Of a stretch of DNA of 64,000 nt, positions 38,257 through 56,942 are shown one piece after another; the first letter of the stretch is position 1, and every line of letters begins with the position of its first letter. The translations under genes and the position numbers were made by a program. The notes beneath the pieces are model-generated. The model saw only the letters and a list, made by a program, of their open reading frames with translations. It was not told the origin of the DNA and made no database searches. Source of the stretch: Malacoraja senta (Eukaryota). The DNA lies in contig CM075977.1 in NCBI GenBank assembly GCA_038087875.1, positions 23,498,001 through 23,562,000 on the forward strand, read 5' to 3'.

Positions 38257-38359
38257 AAGGATAGCAATCACACAAGCTTTCCGCCATATTTTAGGTAGCT
38301 GGGAGAGGGTTACACAATTGTTGAACAGCAAACGGAGCCACTCTCGTGTAGTCTGCCCG

Positions 38360-38990
38360 TCCCTCCCTTAGACCAACTCCTCTCTACCCTGTCCCGCACT
38401 CATCCCCAATCCACCCCATCCCTCACCCCTACTCCGTCCTTCATCCCTAACCACCCCCCCCGTCCCCACTCCCTCACCCTGTCCTGCACTCAACCCTACC
38501 TCACTGTCCCTCACCCCTCAACTCCCCGTCCCTCACAGCCCCACTCCACGCTATCCCGCACTCAACCCATTCAGCCCCACTGCACCCCTCGCTGCCACCC
38601 TGACCCTCCTCATGACCTTCACCCCTACCTGACCCTCACCATAACCACCACCCTGTCGCTGTCCCCCACCTCCTCCCTTATCCTTACCCCCTCTCCCCCA
38701 CCCTCTCTGTCCCCTCACCCTCTCTCACATCAACCTTACACTCCCCTCTCACTATCCCCTCACCCTCAACCTCTGTCCCCTCATCTCTCCCCCCACCATC
38801 CCTCCCTCCCCCACTACACTCTCTGTCCCCTCACCTCCTCTCCCTCTCTCTTCCCTCATTTCCCCCCTCTCTCTCTCCTCCCTCTTCTCTCTCTCCCACC
38901 CCACCCTCTCACTTCAAAAGATACTACAGCTCTCAGATCTTTGCTCTCTTCTACCCCCCCTCCCTCTCTCTCTCTCTCTCTCTCCCTTTC
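38360..38990 (+). repeat. Polypyrimidine (C/T-rich) low-complexity tract upstream of the RTTN promoter
   Basis: Strong strand asymmetry, ending in (CT)n; a similar tract at 36390-36600 lies on the other side of the Vingi-like element. Confidence 0.85.
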
Positions 38991-39064
38991 TCCCGCCCTC
39001 GGGCCCGCCTTCCCTCCGGCCACCGCGCATGCGCCCCTCGCCCCGGGATTCACAAACAGCGACT

Positions 39065-39078
39065 GTAACCCGGGCAAC
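39065..39078 (+). promoter_or_regulatory. RFX X-box GTAACC-CG-GGCAAC
   Basis: Exact fit to GTNRCC(N0-3)RGYAAC, about 190 bp upstream of the ATG of a centriole/cilium gene. Confidence 0.6.
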
Positions 39079-39093
39079 GGCCGATGCTGTTCA

Positions 39094-46583
<7,490 letters not shown>

Positions 46584-46844
46584 TTCCAGTATCTGCAGTT
46601 TCTTGTGCCTTCACATCCCATCTGGAGTTAAGTGCGGAGTGTGTGTATGTAACATATCCCGACCTGGCACTGACAAGCATGGTCAGTGCGTCCTTGTGTA
46701 TCGTTATTCAGGGTTAATACAGAGTCTCTTCTGTAATTTAACCCTGGGTTTACGGAAAGTTTGTCCATGTCTGACTGCGGCTCTTGGGCTGACACACAGT
46801 CCCTTTCTGCCAACAGGTCTCACTTATTTCCCTGGGTGGAGCCA

Positions 46845-47728
46845 CAGAGATGGGCAATGTCCTTAACAAGTATTTCTCCCTTGTTTTTACCGTGCAGAAA
46901 GACAGGAGGGCCGGGGATCTTGGGGTAGTCACTGGAAGTGTCTTGAGAGCAGTCAGTATTATGGTCGCAGAGGTGCTGAAGGTCCTGACACATATGAAGA
47001 TAGACAAATCTTCTGGGCCTGATCAGATATATCCAAGGATACTGTGGGAAGCTAGAGAGGAAATTGCAGACGCCCTCACTTAGATTTATGAGTCATCGTT
47101 AAATACAGGCAAGGTGTCAGAAGACTGGAGGGAGGCAAATGTTGTGCCTCTATTCAAGAAGGGCTGCAGGGAAAAGGCTGGAACTACAGATCAGTGTGCT
47201 TAACATCTGTGGTCTGAAAGTTACTAGAGAGTATTCTGAGGGATAGGATATACATGCACTTAGACGGACAAGCGCTGATTAGGGATGGTCAACATGGTTG
47301 TGTACGTGGTCGGTCATGTCTCACGAATCTGATTGACGTTTTTGATGATGTGACCAAAAAGGTCAATGTGGGCAGAGCTGTAGATGTTGTATACATGGAT
47401 TTTAGTATGGCATTTGACAAGGCTCCACGTGGTATGTTGCTCTGGAAGGTTAGATCTCATGGGATTCAAGGAGAGATAGCTGCATGGATAGAAAATTCGC
47501 TTCATGAAAGGAAGCAGAGGGTGATAGTGGAAGGTTGCTTTTCGGACTGGAGGCCTGTGACTAGTGGCTCAGGGTTCGGTTCTGGGCCCATTGCTGTTTG
47601 TCATCCAAATCATTGATTTGGATGACAAACAGCATGGTACATAGTATGGTTAGCCAGTTTGCAGATGACACAAAAGTGGGTGGTGTTATAGATAGTGAAG
47701 ATGGTTGTCAAAAATTGCAGCAGGATCT
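46845..47728 (+). mobile_element. Older CR1-family RT fragment
   Basis: LNKYFSLVFT, KSSGPDQIYPRIL, VYMDFSMAFDK, FADDTK. Confidence 0.8.
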
Positions 47729-48139
47729 AAACCTTGTATCAGGGTTTTGTCTCGAAATATCGACATTTCCTTTCTATCCATGGATGCTATTCTACCCGTT
47801 GAGTTCCTCCAGCAGATTGTTTGTTGCTTTGATGAAGTAAACTCTCTTTCTTTTAAAATCTATTATTGGCTTATGTCGAAAACACTGTTGGTTGAGTTAA
47901 GCATGTTGGTTTGGTTTGTTCTGATTCCTGTCTGCTAACATTCCTCTCGGCCAAATATCCGCAGTCAAATTCTCTTGTCCTCTGCATCCATGGATTAGGT
48001 GGCAGGACCTCAACCACAAGCAGCCCTCTGTTAGTCTGATCCTGCTTCTCCCATCCACAGCATACTCTTCATGTGAAGCAAATCCGGACGCAGATGTTCC
48101 CATTTTGTCAAAGTTGAGAAGCAGTTTAGTGGTTTTTAT

Positions 48140-49065
48140 GTGTAGGAAGGAACTGTAGATTCTGGTTTACACCGAAGATAGACACAAATGATGGAATAAC
48201 TCAGCGTATCAGGCAACATCTCTGGAGAAAAGGAATAGGTGTTGTTTTGGGTTGAGACCTTTCTTCAGAGTGAGAGTCAGGGGAGAGGGAAACTAGAGGT
48301 ATGAAAAAGTACAAAGAACAAATGAATGAAAGGTATGAAAAGAACAAATCAAAGCCAGCAACCATGATCAAGGAAAGGTGGAAAGCACAATGGTCCATTG
48401 TTGACTGGAACAAGTGATATTGAGTTGATACAAACAGGACAACCCTGAAAGCAGTAGGATGACTAGGGTGATGGAGGGAATGGAAAGTGAGAGGGACTGC
48501 AAGGGTTATTTGAAATTAGAGAAATCAATATTCATACTGCTGGAATGTAAGCTGCCCATGTGAAATATGAGGTGCTGTCCGTCCAGTTTGCGTTTGGTCT
48601 CACTCTGACATTGGAGGAGGACCAGGACAGAAAGGTCAATTTGGGAAGGGAAGTTAAAGTGTTTGGCAACTGGGAGTTTGTGTAGGCCAAGGCGGACTGA
48701 GCAAATGTGTTCAACGAAACAATTGCTCAGTTTGTGCTCGGTCTCGCGATATACAGGAGTCCATATCTTTAAACAGCGGATGCAATAGATAAAGTTGGAG
48801 GAGGTGCATGTGAACCTCTGCCTCACCTGAGAGTTCTGTCGGGGTCCCTGGATGAAGTCGAGAGGGAGGTATATTGACAGGTGTTGCATCTCCTGCGGTT
48901 GCTGGGGAAGGTACCTGGGGAGGGGTGGTTTGGGTGGGAAGGGATGAGTGTACCAGGGAGTTGTGGAGGAAACGGCATGTGTGGAAAGCAGAAATGGGTG
49001 GAGAGGGGAAGATGTGACATGGGATCCCGTTGGATGAGGCGAAAATGTCGGAATGTTTGAATGCG
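48140..49065 (-). mobile_element. Penelope-like element (GIY-YIG region plus terminal repeat)
   Basis: ORF 48506-49084 reads QGPRQNSQVRQRFTCTSSNFIYCIRC...VAKHFN...MNIDFSNFK; hammerhead-like repeat near 48235-48270. Confidence 0.8.
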
Positions 49066-50025
49066 AATGATTCCCTTCATACACCAGCCATAACCAGGAA
49101 GATATAACTCATTAAATTTTTGTTTTTGTAGTGGCAGAATATTATTCCTGTCTGTTTTCCTGTTACCTTTCTTGAGCAGTATTTTACATGCTGCAGATAT
49201 CATTTCCCAATTTATTCAGCATGCTGTCCAAACACAAGTTGATCTTAGCTTCAAGTTCTGGTAGCTGAGTTTTAAGGGTTGTAAAGATAAATCAGTGGGA
49301 GTAAAGTCCTTTCTTATCTATCACATAGTCACAGGTTGCTTGAATGTATGCATAATCACAGGCATTGAATCATTCAAATTAACTGTCTCTGAAATAAAGA
49401 GATTCAGTGCCTGGTATTGGAGATCCAGTCAATCAGGGATATAATGTTAGGCTGCTTGGTGCCTGAAGCTGACTGATAATGAGAACGTTTCAAGAGCTAA
49501 GAGTTATATAATTCCCTTCTTCCCACCCTGAATATTATTTTCAGTATCTTGAATGGAAGGTAAGGTAAATTACCTAAGATAAGTGATGATTTTGTGCAGC
49601 ACCTTTGTTTGTTTATTTGTCGTCCCCTTATTGGTTGGGCTATATACCACCATGTAATATTGATGTAGCCAAAAGGAACTGCAGATGCTGGGTTTAAAAT
49701 AGAACACAAAATACAGGAGTAACTCAGCTGGTCACGTAGCATCTCTGGATGACAAAGATCGGTGATGTTTCATGTCAGGTCCTTCAGACTGATGATAATG
49801 TTGGTGGTTCAGTTCCAGAATCAATGGAAATGATGGATAGCAGTTCCATATTACTGGAATTTTGGGTTATCTATAGTGCAGAAATGGAGGACACACAGCT
49901 TCCCATTAGCCATATCCCTGCAGTTTGTAAAGTGAGTAACCAACTCGGATGTTATCCACCCTAAATCATCTCTTTGAAAGATCAAATTTTCAAAATGTAT
50001 CTTGGCTTTTACATTGTTTTTGTAG

Positions 50026-50213
50026 GTCACCAGCTGGTGGAAATTAGAATTCGCGCCCTGAAGAATATTTTGAGCAAAATTGATCATGGATTGATTTCTA
50101 TTATTGATTTGGCACAAGAAAAAAACCTTTTTGTACGACTATTTGAATGGTTCAACTTCCCAACAGTTCCAATGCAAGATGATGTATTCAAGCTATGCGG
50201 GCAACTTGTAAAG
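50026..50213 (+). CDS. RTTN: Rotatin coding exon 2 ([22 protein letters not shown]...[24 protein letters not shown])
   Basis: Acceptor ttgtttttgtAG and donor AAG|GTAAGT; 188 nt, 31+188=219 nt, which closes a codon. The peptide strongly resembles the RTTN N-terminal domain (EWFNFP motif). Confidence 0.95.
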
Positions 50214-52151
50214 GTAAGTTATTTGTGTGAGATGAATCACTGAAGAAGAATCACTTAAATGTATTAGGTATCGGGAAGTGGTGTGATTACTGTTGTCCTT
50301 TGATTTGTAACTACTGACAATGTTAAAAAAAAAAGAATGATTGGATTTAAATTGGCCAATTTATTTCTATAAACTAGGTGAGTTATGTAGTTAATAGATA
50401 GGGTATCTTAATTGGCATGGAAGTGTTGGGCAAAAGGGCCTTATCCTGTACTTTATAACTCCATGAGTTCATCACCAAGTCTGCATAATTTATCAGGAAT
50501 GTGATGACTGGATATCCATGTTAAATAGTTGAAGATTTAATGAAGTTTACTGCTCACATCTAGCCTAAATCCATTTCATTATTTTTTTCTCCACCTCATA
50601 TAAGCTGAATAATAAGTGAAGACCATGACTCCTGTTTACATACTTATCTTTTGCTCATTGTTAATATTTTTCATCTACATCTTTTGAAGACTGGGTGAGA
50701 CCATATGATAAGACTAGGAGAGAATTTTATTTATATGGTGCCCTTCCAACCCCAAGATTTCCCATGTGCATCAAAGCCAAAAAGATGCTTCAGTTGTTTG
50801 CACTAGTTTGTATTGGTATAATACAGAGAAATATCATAGAACATATAGTACAGCACAGGAACAGGGCCTTTGTGCCTGTGCCAAACATGATGCCAAATTA
50901 AATTAATCCCTCTTGACTGTGCATGATCAATATCTCTCCATTCCCTGCATCTTTATGTGCATTTCTGAAAGCTTACATGCCACTATCATATCTGCCTCCA
51001 ACACCACCCCAGGCACCTACCAATCTCTGGGTGAAAACAAAACTTGCCCCACACATTTCCCTTGTCCTCAATTATCGGACATTTCTACCTTTGGGGAAAT
51101 AATTCTGACTATCTACCTTATCTATGCCTCTCTTAATTTTATAAACTTCTATTAGGTGTTGCCTCAGCCACCAATGCTTCAGAGAGAGCAATCCAAGTTT
51201 TTCCAACCTTTTATAGCTGCCTGACCCACTGATTTCTTCGAAAAGTTTGCTTTTCGCTTAAGATTTCAGCATGTGTAGTTTCTTGTGTGTCTCCACTCTC
51301 CTTGGATCTAATAACCTCTAAGGCAGGCAGCATCCTGGTAAACCTCTTCTGCACCCTTTCTAAACCCTCCACATTCTCCCTGTAGTAGGACAATCAGAAC
51401 TAAACACAATACTCCAATCGTGGCTTAACCTATGTTTTATGAAGTCACAACATGACTTTCTGACTTGCACTCAAAGCCCTGGATGATGAAGGCAAGCATA
51501 CCATGCACCTTCTTTGCCACTCTCTACTCGTGTGGCTACCTTCAGGGAGCTAAGTTCTTGGACCCCAATATCACTTTGTACATCAGTGCTGTTAAGGCTG
51601 CTGCTTTTAACTGTATACTTTCACCTTTCATTTGACCCCTCAAGTGTCATAGCTAATTTTTGAACATCTTCTTTCCTACAAATAGTAATAAGATAATTGA
51701 CCAGAAAAATATTTAATGCTTCAGAAATAGGCTATAATAGCCCTCAAGCCTGACCATGTGTCTGAGAATCTCTCTTCCAGACATTTTTTCTTGTTTCCTG
51801 AATCCTGTGGTGTCCGAAAATCATTTTTCTCAGCCTTGAGTAGGATCAATGATTGAGCTATATTCATTTATCACCAATGTTGTCAGGTAGAACAGCGCAA
51901 GTGCTGAGAGTTTTGTTTCCTTCGTTTTAAGTAGCTAATTTATTTAACGGACAATTCTTGATTGACCCAATCAAAAATAATGTTGCTGGTATTTATGAAC
52001 CCATGTTTGAAAGATGGTGTACAAATCTTTTCCTTACTCTTTGTTGAAGGTGGAAACGCTTTGTAAAGTAACAAATTAAAATTAATTGTCTTTCATTGCA
52101 GTGAAGATTAATTAATTAACCATCCCCAACCTGGAGGAGTGCTGTTTCAAT

Positions 52152-52469
52152 CTTTAGTTTCAGAGATGCAGCATGGAAATTGCCCTCGGCCCACCGAGTC
52201 CACAACAACCATTGATCATCTAGTTCTAAGTTATCCCACTGTCTCATCCACTGCCAATGCACTGGGGGCAATTTTACAGAGGCCAGTAACCTACAAACCT
52301 GCAAGTCTTTGGAATGTGGGAAGAAACCGGAGCGAGCACCTGGAGGAAATTTATGCGGTCACAGGGAGAACGTGCAAACTCCACACAGACAGCACCCGAG
52401 GTCAGGATCAAACTCTGGTCTCAGACACTGTGACTTAGCAGTTGTACCAGCTACACCACTGTACCGCCC
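52152..52469 (-). mobile_element. tRNA-derived V-domain SINE (HE1-like), near full length
   Basis: Minus strand reads GGGCGGTACAGTGGTGTAGCTGG...TGTGTGGAGTTTGCACGTTCTCCCTGTGACC with an (AAACT)n tail. Confidence 0.7.
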
Positions 52470-53270
52470 TCAAAACTGAAACAAAACTAAATATTTAGCC
52501 CTGATTTTGATCTGGCAAAGACACGTCCATTCTCAGCAACAATTCCTCATTTTTTTTAACACCAACCTCTTTGTAATAAAGAGCAATAAATGATTGTCTT
52601 CCCAGTTGCTTACTGTAAAAGCGGACTTCATTATGTCCACGATGTCACCTGTACACCAATATTTGCACTATTTTCATATAGTCCATAACTTCAGTTTTTT
52701 CTAGCTGCTGCTTTCTTTGTTCACCTGCTTAAACTGTCCATTATTTATTTGTAGACTCTGTACATCTTTCTCTTGAACAATTTTCTTATCTAGTTTGAAT
52801 ATTTTACATCTTATCATCTGTTGTTAATATAAATTATATATATAATATTTAATATATATATATATTTATATTATATGTATATATATATACGAATGATATG
52901 GTACTGTCACATGTACCGAGGTACAGTGAAATTCATCTTTGTATACAGTTCAGTACAAGTATTGCTACACATAAGTACTTAGATACCTTAGATAAGCATT
53001 TCAGATACAGTTACAAGTAATGTCATTTTAAACTAAAACGAAGAATAAAAATTGAAAATCAAAAAAATGCTGGAAACGTTTAGCAGATCAGGCAGCATTT
53101 GTGGAAAGAAAAATAATTAACAGTTCCGGACTACTGGCAAAAAATCTTGAACCTGAAATGTTAAGACTTGATTTTTTTTTCTACTGATGCTGCCTGATTT
53201 GTTGAAAGCTTCCATGAATGAATTCTGCATTGCCAGTCTAACATGTACCTTTTGTCTTTTGGGACTAAAG

Positions 53271-53466
53271 TATTCTTCAGCGGCTCAAATGTTTCGAGAA
53301 ATTGGGGCTTTGGAATTTCTAGCACAACTTCGACCCAATGTGGAGCCAAATCTTCAGATCTGCATTGACGAGGTCATGGATGATCTGCTTAAACTGCCTG
53401 ATACAATTGTGGATGTTGATCCTGCAGTAGCCTATCAGTCACAATCTTTAAAATCCTCTGATAAAG
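53271..53466 (+). CDS. RTTN: Rotatin coding exon 3 (YSSAAQMFREIGALEFLAQLRPNVEPNLQ...SSDK)
   Basis: Acceptor tttgtcttttgggactaaAG and donor G|GTAATC; 196 nt, phase 0 to 1. The GA.EFL..LR.NVEPNLQ..ID motif matches rotatin. Confidence 0.92.
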
Positions 53467-54963
53467 GTAATCTGTGCAGGTTAATATAAAACATAATGGA
53501 TCTAATACTGAGCGTGTGCGTTATATTAGTTTATTATATCGCTGTTATCATTTTATAAATTTTGAGTTCACTGTGTGTGCTGCATTGATGTAGCGCCTCT
53601 AATCTTAGGTGTTTCAACTAGGACATCTTTCACTATTTTAAATCAGAATGTTGATGTTTTCAATCACTCCATTATTCATTCTGGGACAATCGGTTTACCC
53701 GAGGAATCATTCCAGCGAAATTCTTGTTGACTTTTTCTAAAGTAAGGATACCTTTCCGAAGGAAATAGTTTTGAAAACTAATTGCGTGAGAGTCCTATAC
53801 ATTTGCAACAAAATTTCCTAAATTGTATAACTTCTAACGCGGTAAGAATCAACCTACTATTTGTTTAAACCCTAACACATAGAATTCCCTCATTTACCAA
53901 ATCATTTTTGCTGTAAGGGTTGCTTCCTTAGAAAGTCTTACTACTGCTGCCAATATGACAGATGGACCACTTAGGCATCAGGAGCCAACAAATGCTTGGA
54001 ATGCTGGCTCATGTGTTTATAACATCTGGCAGAGGTTGAATTGGTTATGATGCTCCTGTGGGAGGCCTACATTTTGGAATCTGCTGTGTGTTGTCTTTTT
54101 ACATCAAAATACATCCTGGATAATGCATTCACAACCAATGAAAGCCTAGTTGCGTAATGTATTTTGTGGTTGCCAAAAGCTATTTAAAATGGCATAATTT
54201 GTACCGCAGATCTACCTCTCAATTAGTGTGCATTGCTGAGATGACGTGCACTGTCCCAGATATTGAACATTAGTCTGTCAGGTGATGGAGGAATCATCAA
54301 ATTCTCTCCATCCTGGTTGTATCTGCAGAAAGATGAATAAAGTTAACAATGCCGATCAATGACCCTTCAATTATTTTCTATTATTTTTTTATTTGCCTGC
54401 TTCCTTTATGTTGATTTTCCATCCAGAGATACATTCAAATAATACAATTTATGGACTTTAAAAAAACCAACTAGTATTAGCTAGGACTATGAAATTACTG
54501 GATGATCATAAAAACTAATCTGATTTACCGATGTCCTACAGAGAAGGATAGTCATATTCCTATGTGACCCAGAATAGACAATGTGGTAGATTCTTGAGTT
54601 GCTCTCTGATATGGCATAGCATGATATGCCATTCCGTTGGCGAATTATTGGTGGAGAATAAATGTTCGCCATGCTACTGATTACTTTATCAAAAAAGTCA
54701 ACACGATTTTCCTGAGAAAATCTCTGACCAAAGACATTGCATTGGTAAGTTGCAAGGAAAGCAAAGGAAATGTATTTTAAACTCAAAATGTTATAATAAT
54801 TTAAACGAGCAATATGTCAAACAAATTGCCCCATATAAAAATGCTGTAGAAGAAAATTTTTTTTTGGAAGATTTTGGAAATTTTGGGTTTTAAAATGCTG
54901 TGATATATGGTATTCCATTGGCTGTCCAAAAACGGAAAGTTTAAGAAAAATACATTTTTACAG

Positions 54964-55071
54964 TCATGCCGATTGTACCACCCGAGGAGGAAGAAACAAT
55001 GGTTGGTTACTTTCAGCGACACAGCGGCAGTCAAGTGGAACCAAATGAAATTCCACCCCGGAAAGCTGTTG
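54964..55071 (+). CDS. RTTN: Rotatin coding exon 4 (VMPIVPPEEEETMVGYFQRHSGSQVEPNEIPPRKAV)
   Basis: Acceptor tttttacAG and donor G|GTGAGT; 108 nt, phase 1 to 1. GYF and E.PPR motifs resemble rotatin. Confidence 0.85.
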
Positions 55072-56942
55072 GTGAGTTTTCAAGAATGTTTGGATGCTTC
55101 CAGATTTGTGTTCATGTCTATAGAAGATTTAAACCTTCCGATTTGAAATATCTTCATCTACTTTTGCATTTTTGTTACAAAGAACTATCTTGACCATAAT
55201 TAATATGAGCAGAATTAGAGCCATTCGGCCCATCATGTCTACTCCACCATTAAATCATGGCTTCTCCCCATAACCTCTGACACCCGTGCTAATCAAGAAT
55301 CTAATAAGATCATAAGTGATAGGAGCAGATAGGAGTAACTATGTTGTAAGGAAGATGAGGCTGAGTAATGAAAGGGTGTAGTTTAATAAAAGTAAGAATC
55401 GACTAAGGGACTGGTTGTGACATTTTAAAACTTGCATCAACTTAGTACCAAATTTCTTTTTCATAAGCACAGCCCCAGATGTTAAGATTGTTTTGATCTT
55501 TGTCAGCCTTGTGGAATATGCATTTTACGTATTCTACAAAACTGCATGAGCAGATCAACAAATCTTTACACTGCTATGCTTTCTGCATTCATATTGGATA
55601 GCTATTTAGCTATTGCAGTTGGAGAGAAGTAAATAAAATCTTTTCAGTAAGATGTTGTTCGGAGTCCGTTTGGTGTAATGGTACAAGTTTACTTTAGGAA
55701 ACATTGCAGAATACTTTTTGGAGCCTCGCTAACACAGAAGAGGAATAATTTGAGGGATCAGTTCATCTCACTTGGAGGCTGATGGGACATTTGCACTTGG
55801 TCTCCATGTACTACCATCGGAGAGACTTGAGGTGGTTTGTTCTTTCCTGTGTGCTTTAAATAGCCTTGGAATTATCATGAGTTGTGAGGAAGTACATTTC
55901 TTAAAGAAGGCTTGGAGGGTATTCATGACGTATTTTTTTTTCTGTCATCTCGAAATAAAATATTTTGGCAGAACTAAGAGCAGTGTGAACATAAAATGTA
56001 CAACAGTACAGTACAGGTTTAGGTTTATTACTGTCAGATGTACTTGGGTACAGTGTAACACTGTGTTCTGTATGCTATCCAATCAAATCAGATAATACTA
56101 TACATAAATGCAATCAAGCCAAACTCCCGTACAATGGGTAGACAGAAGGGAAAAATACAGTGCAGAATATAGTTCTCGGCATTGAAACACAACAGTTCCA
56201 GAGACAAAGTCCAATGTGTGCAATGGGGTAGAGATAACGGTACAGTAGGTTATGGAAGGATTGTCCAGAACCCTGATAACAGGGGAAGAAGCTGTTGCTG
56301 AGTCATGGTGCACACTTTCAAGCTTCTGCATTACAGGAACAAACCCCTCAGTCATGTTGTCTGTGCTGAAAATGTTGGCATCTTTAACCATTCCGCTGGC
56401 TGCATATGATCCAGATTCCTCCATTTTCTGTCCATTCATGGGTCTAATTTAATGCCTCTTAAACATCATTCCCGTATCTGCTTCCACCATCACCTGTAGT
56501 GGCTGGAGGTTGTAGTTGATGCTGTTGTTGATGCCTGTTCTTGTTGAGCAGTGCTCTCATGAAATGGGACGACCATGTTAACCAGGGGCTTGTTATGGAT
56601 TTTCCTTGTTGAGAAGTAGTGGTTTGTGGCAAGGTTTGGACAGTGAAGGATGTTTGCCTTTGTTTACATTTTTAGTTTCAGGCCCATTAACATTATAGGA
56701 TTGATATGTGACTTGAAGTTAAATATTTGGCCTTGTACATCCAGGTGTCATCTGTAACATGGTGATAACTGAGATTGAAGCGGTTTTGGAGTGGAAATGA
56801 CAAAAGGTGAACAGTTTTCTTCTCATCCTCCAGCTCGGGTTCTTTACAATGGCAACGTTTTTGCAGAGGAGAGAAGGTCCAATATTAAGGCAGAAAATTG
56901 TGAAGAGGGTTGCTGTAATGAAGAGGGTTGCTTGAAAAAAAT

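Larger units (their letters stand above)
36595..38360 (-). mobile_element. Decayed Vingi/Ingi-like non-LTR retrotransposon (RT and C-terminal region)
   Basis: Minus-strand translation gives LIPEQAGFR, KNGLPQGSVLAPVQFNVYTND, RSFIYADDL, LGVTL and TALALCYSAAEYACPVW; (GAA)n-like tail near 36600. Confidence 0.7.

Noticed and set aside
1-38900. A second host gene (for example an RTTN neighbour) upstream
   Set aside because: I found no ORF or exon chain with recognisable non-TE protein similarity; small or non-coding exons cannot be excluded by eye.
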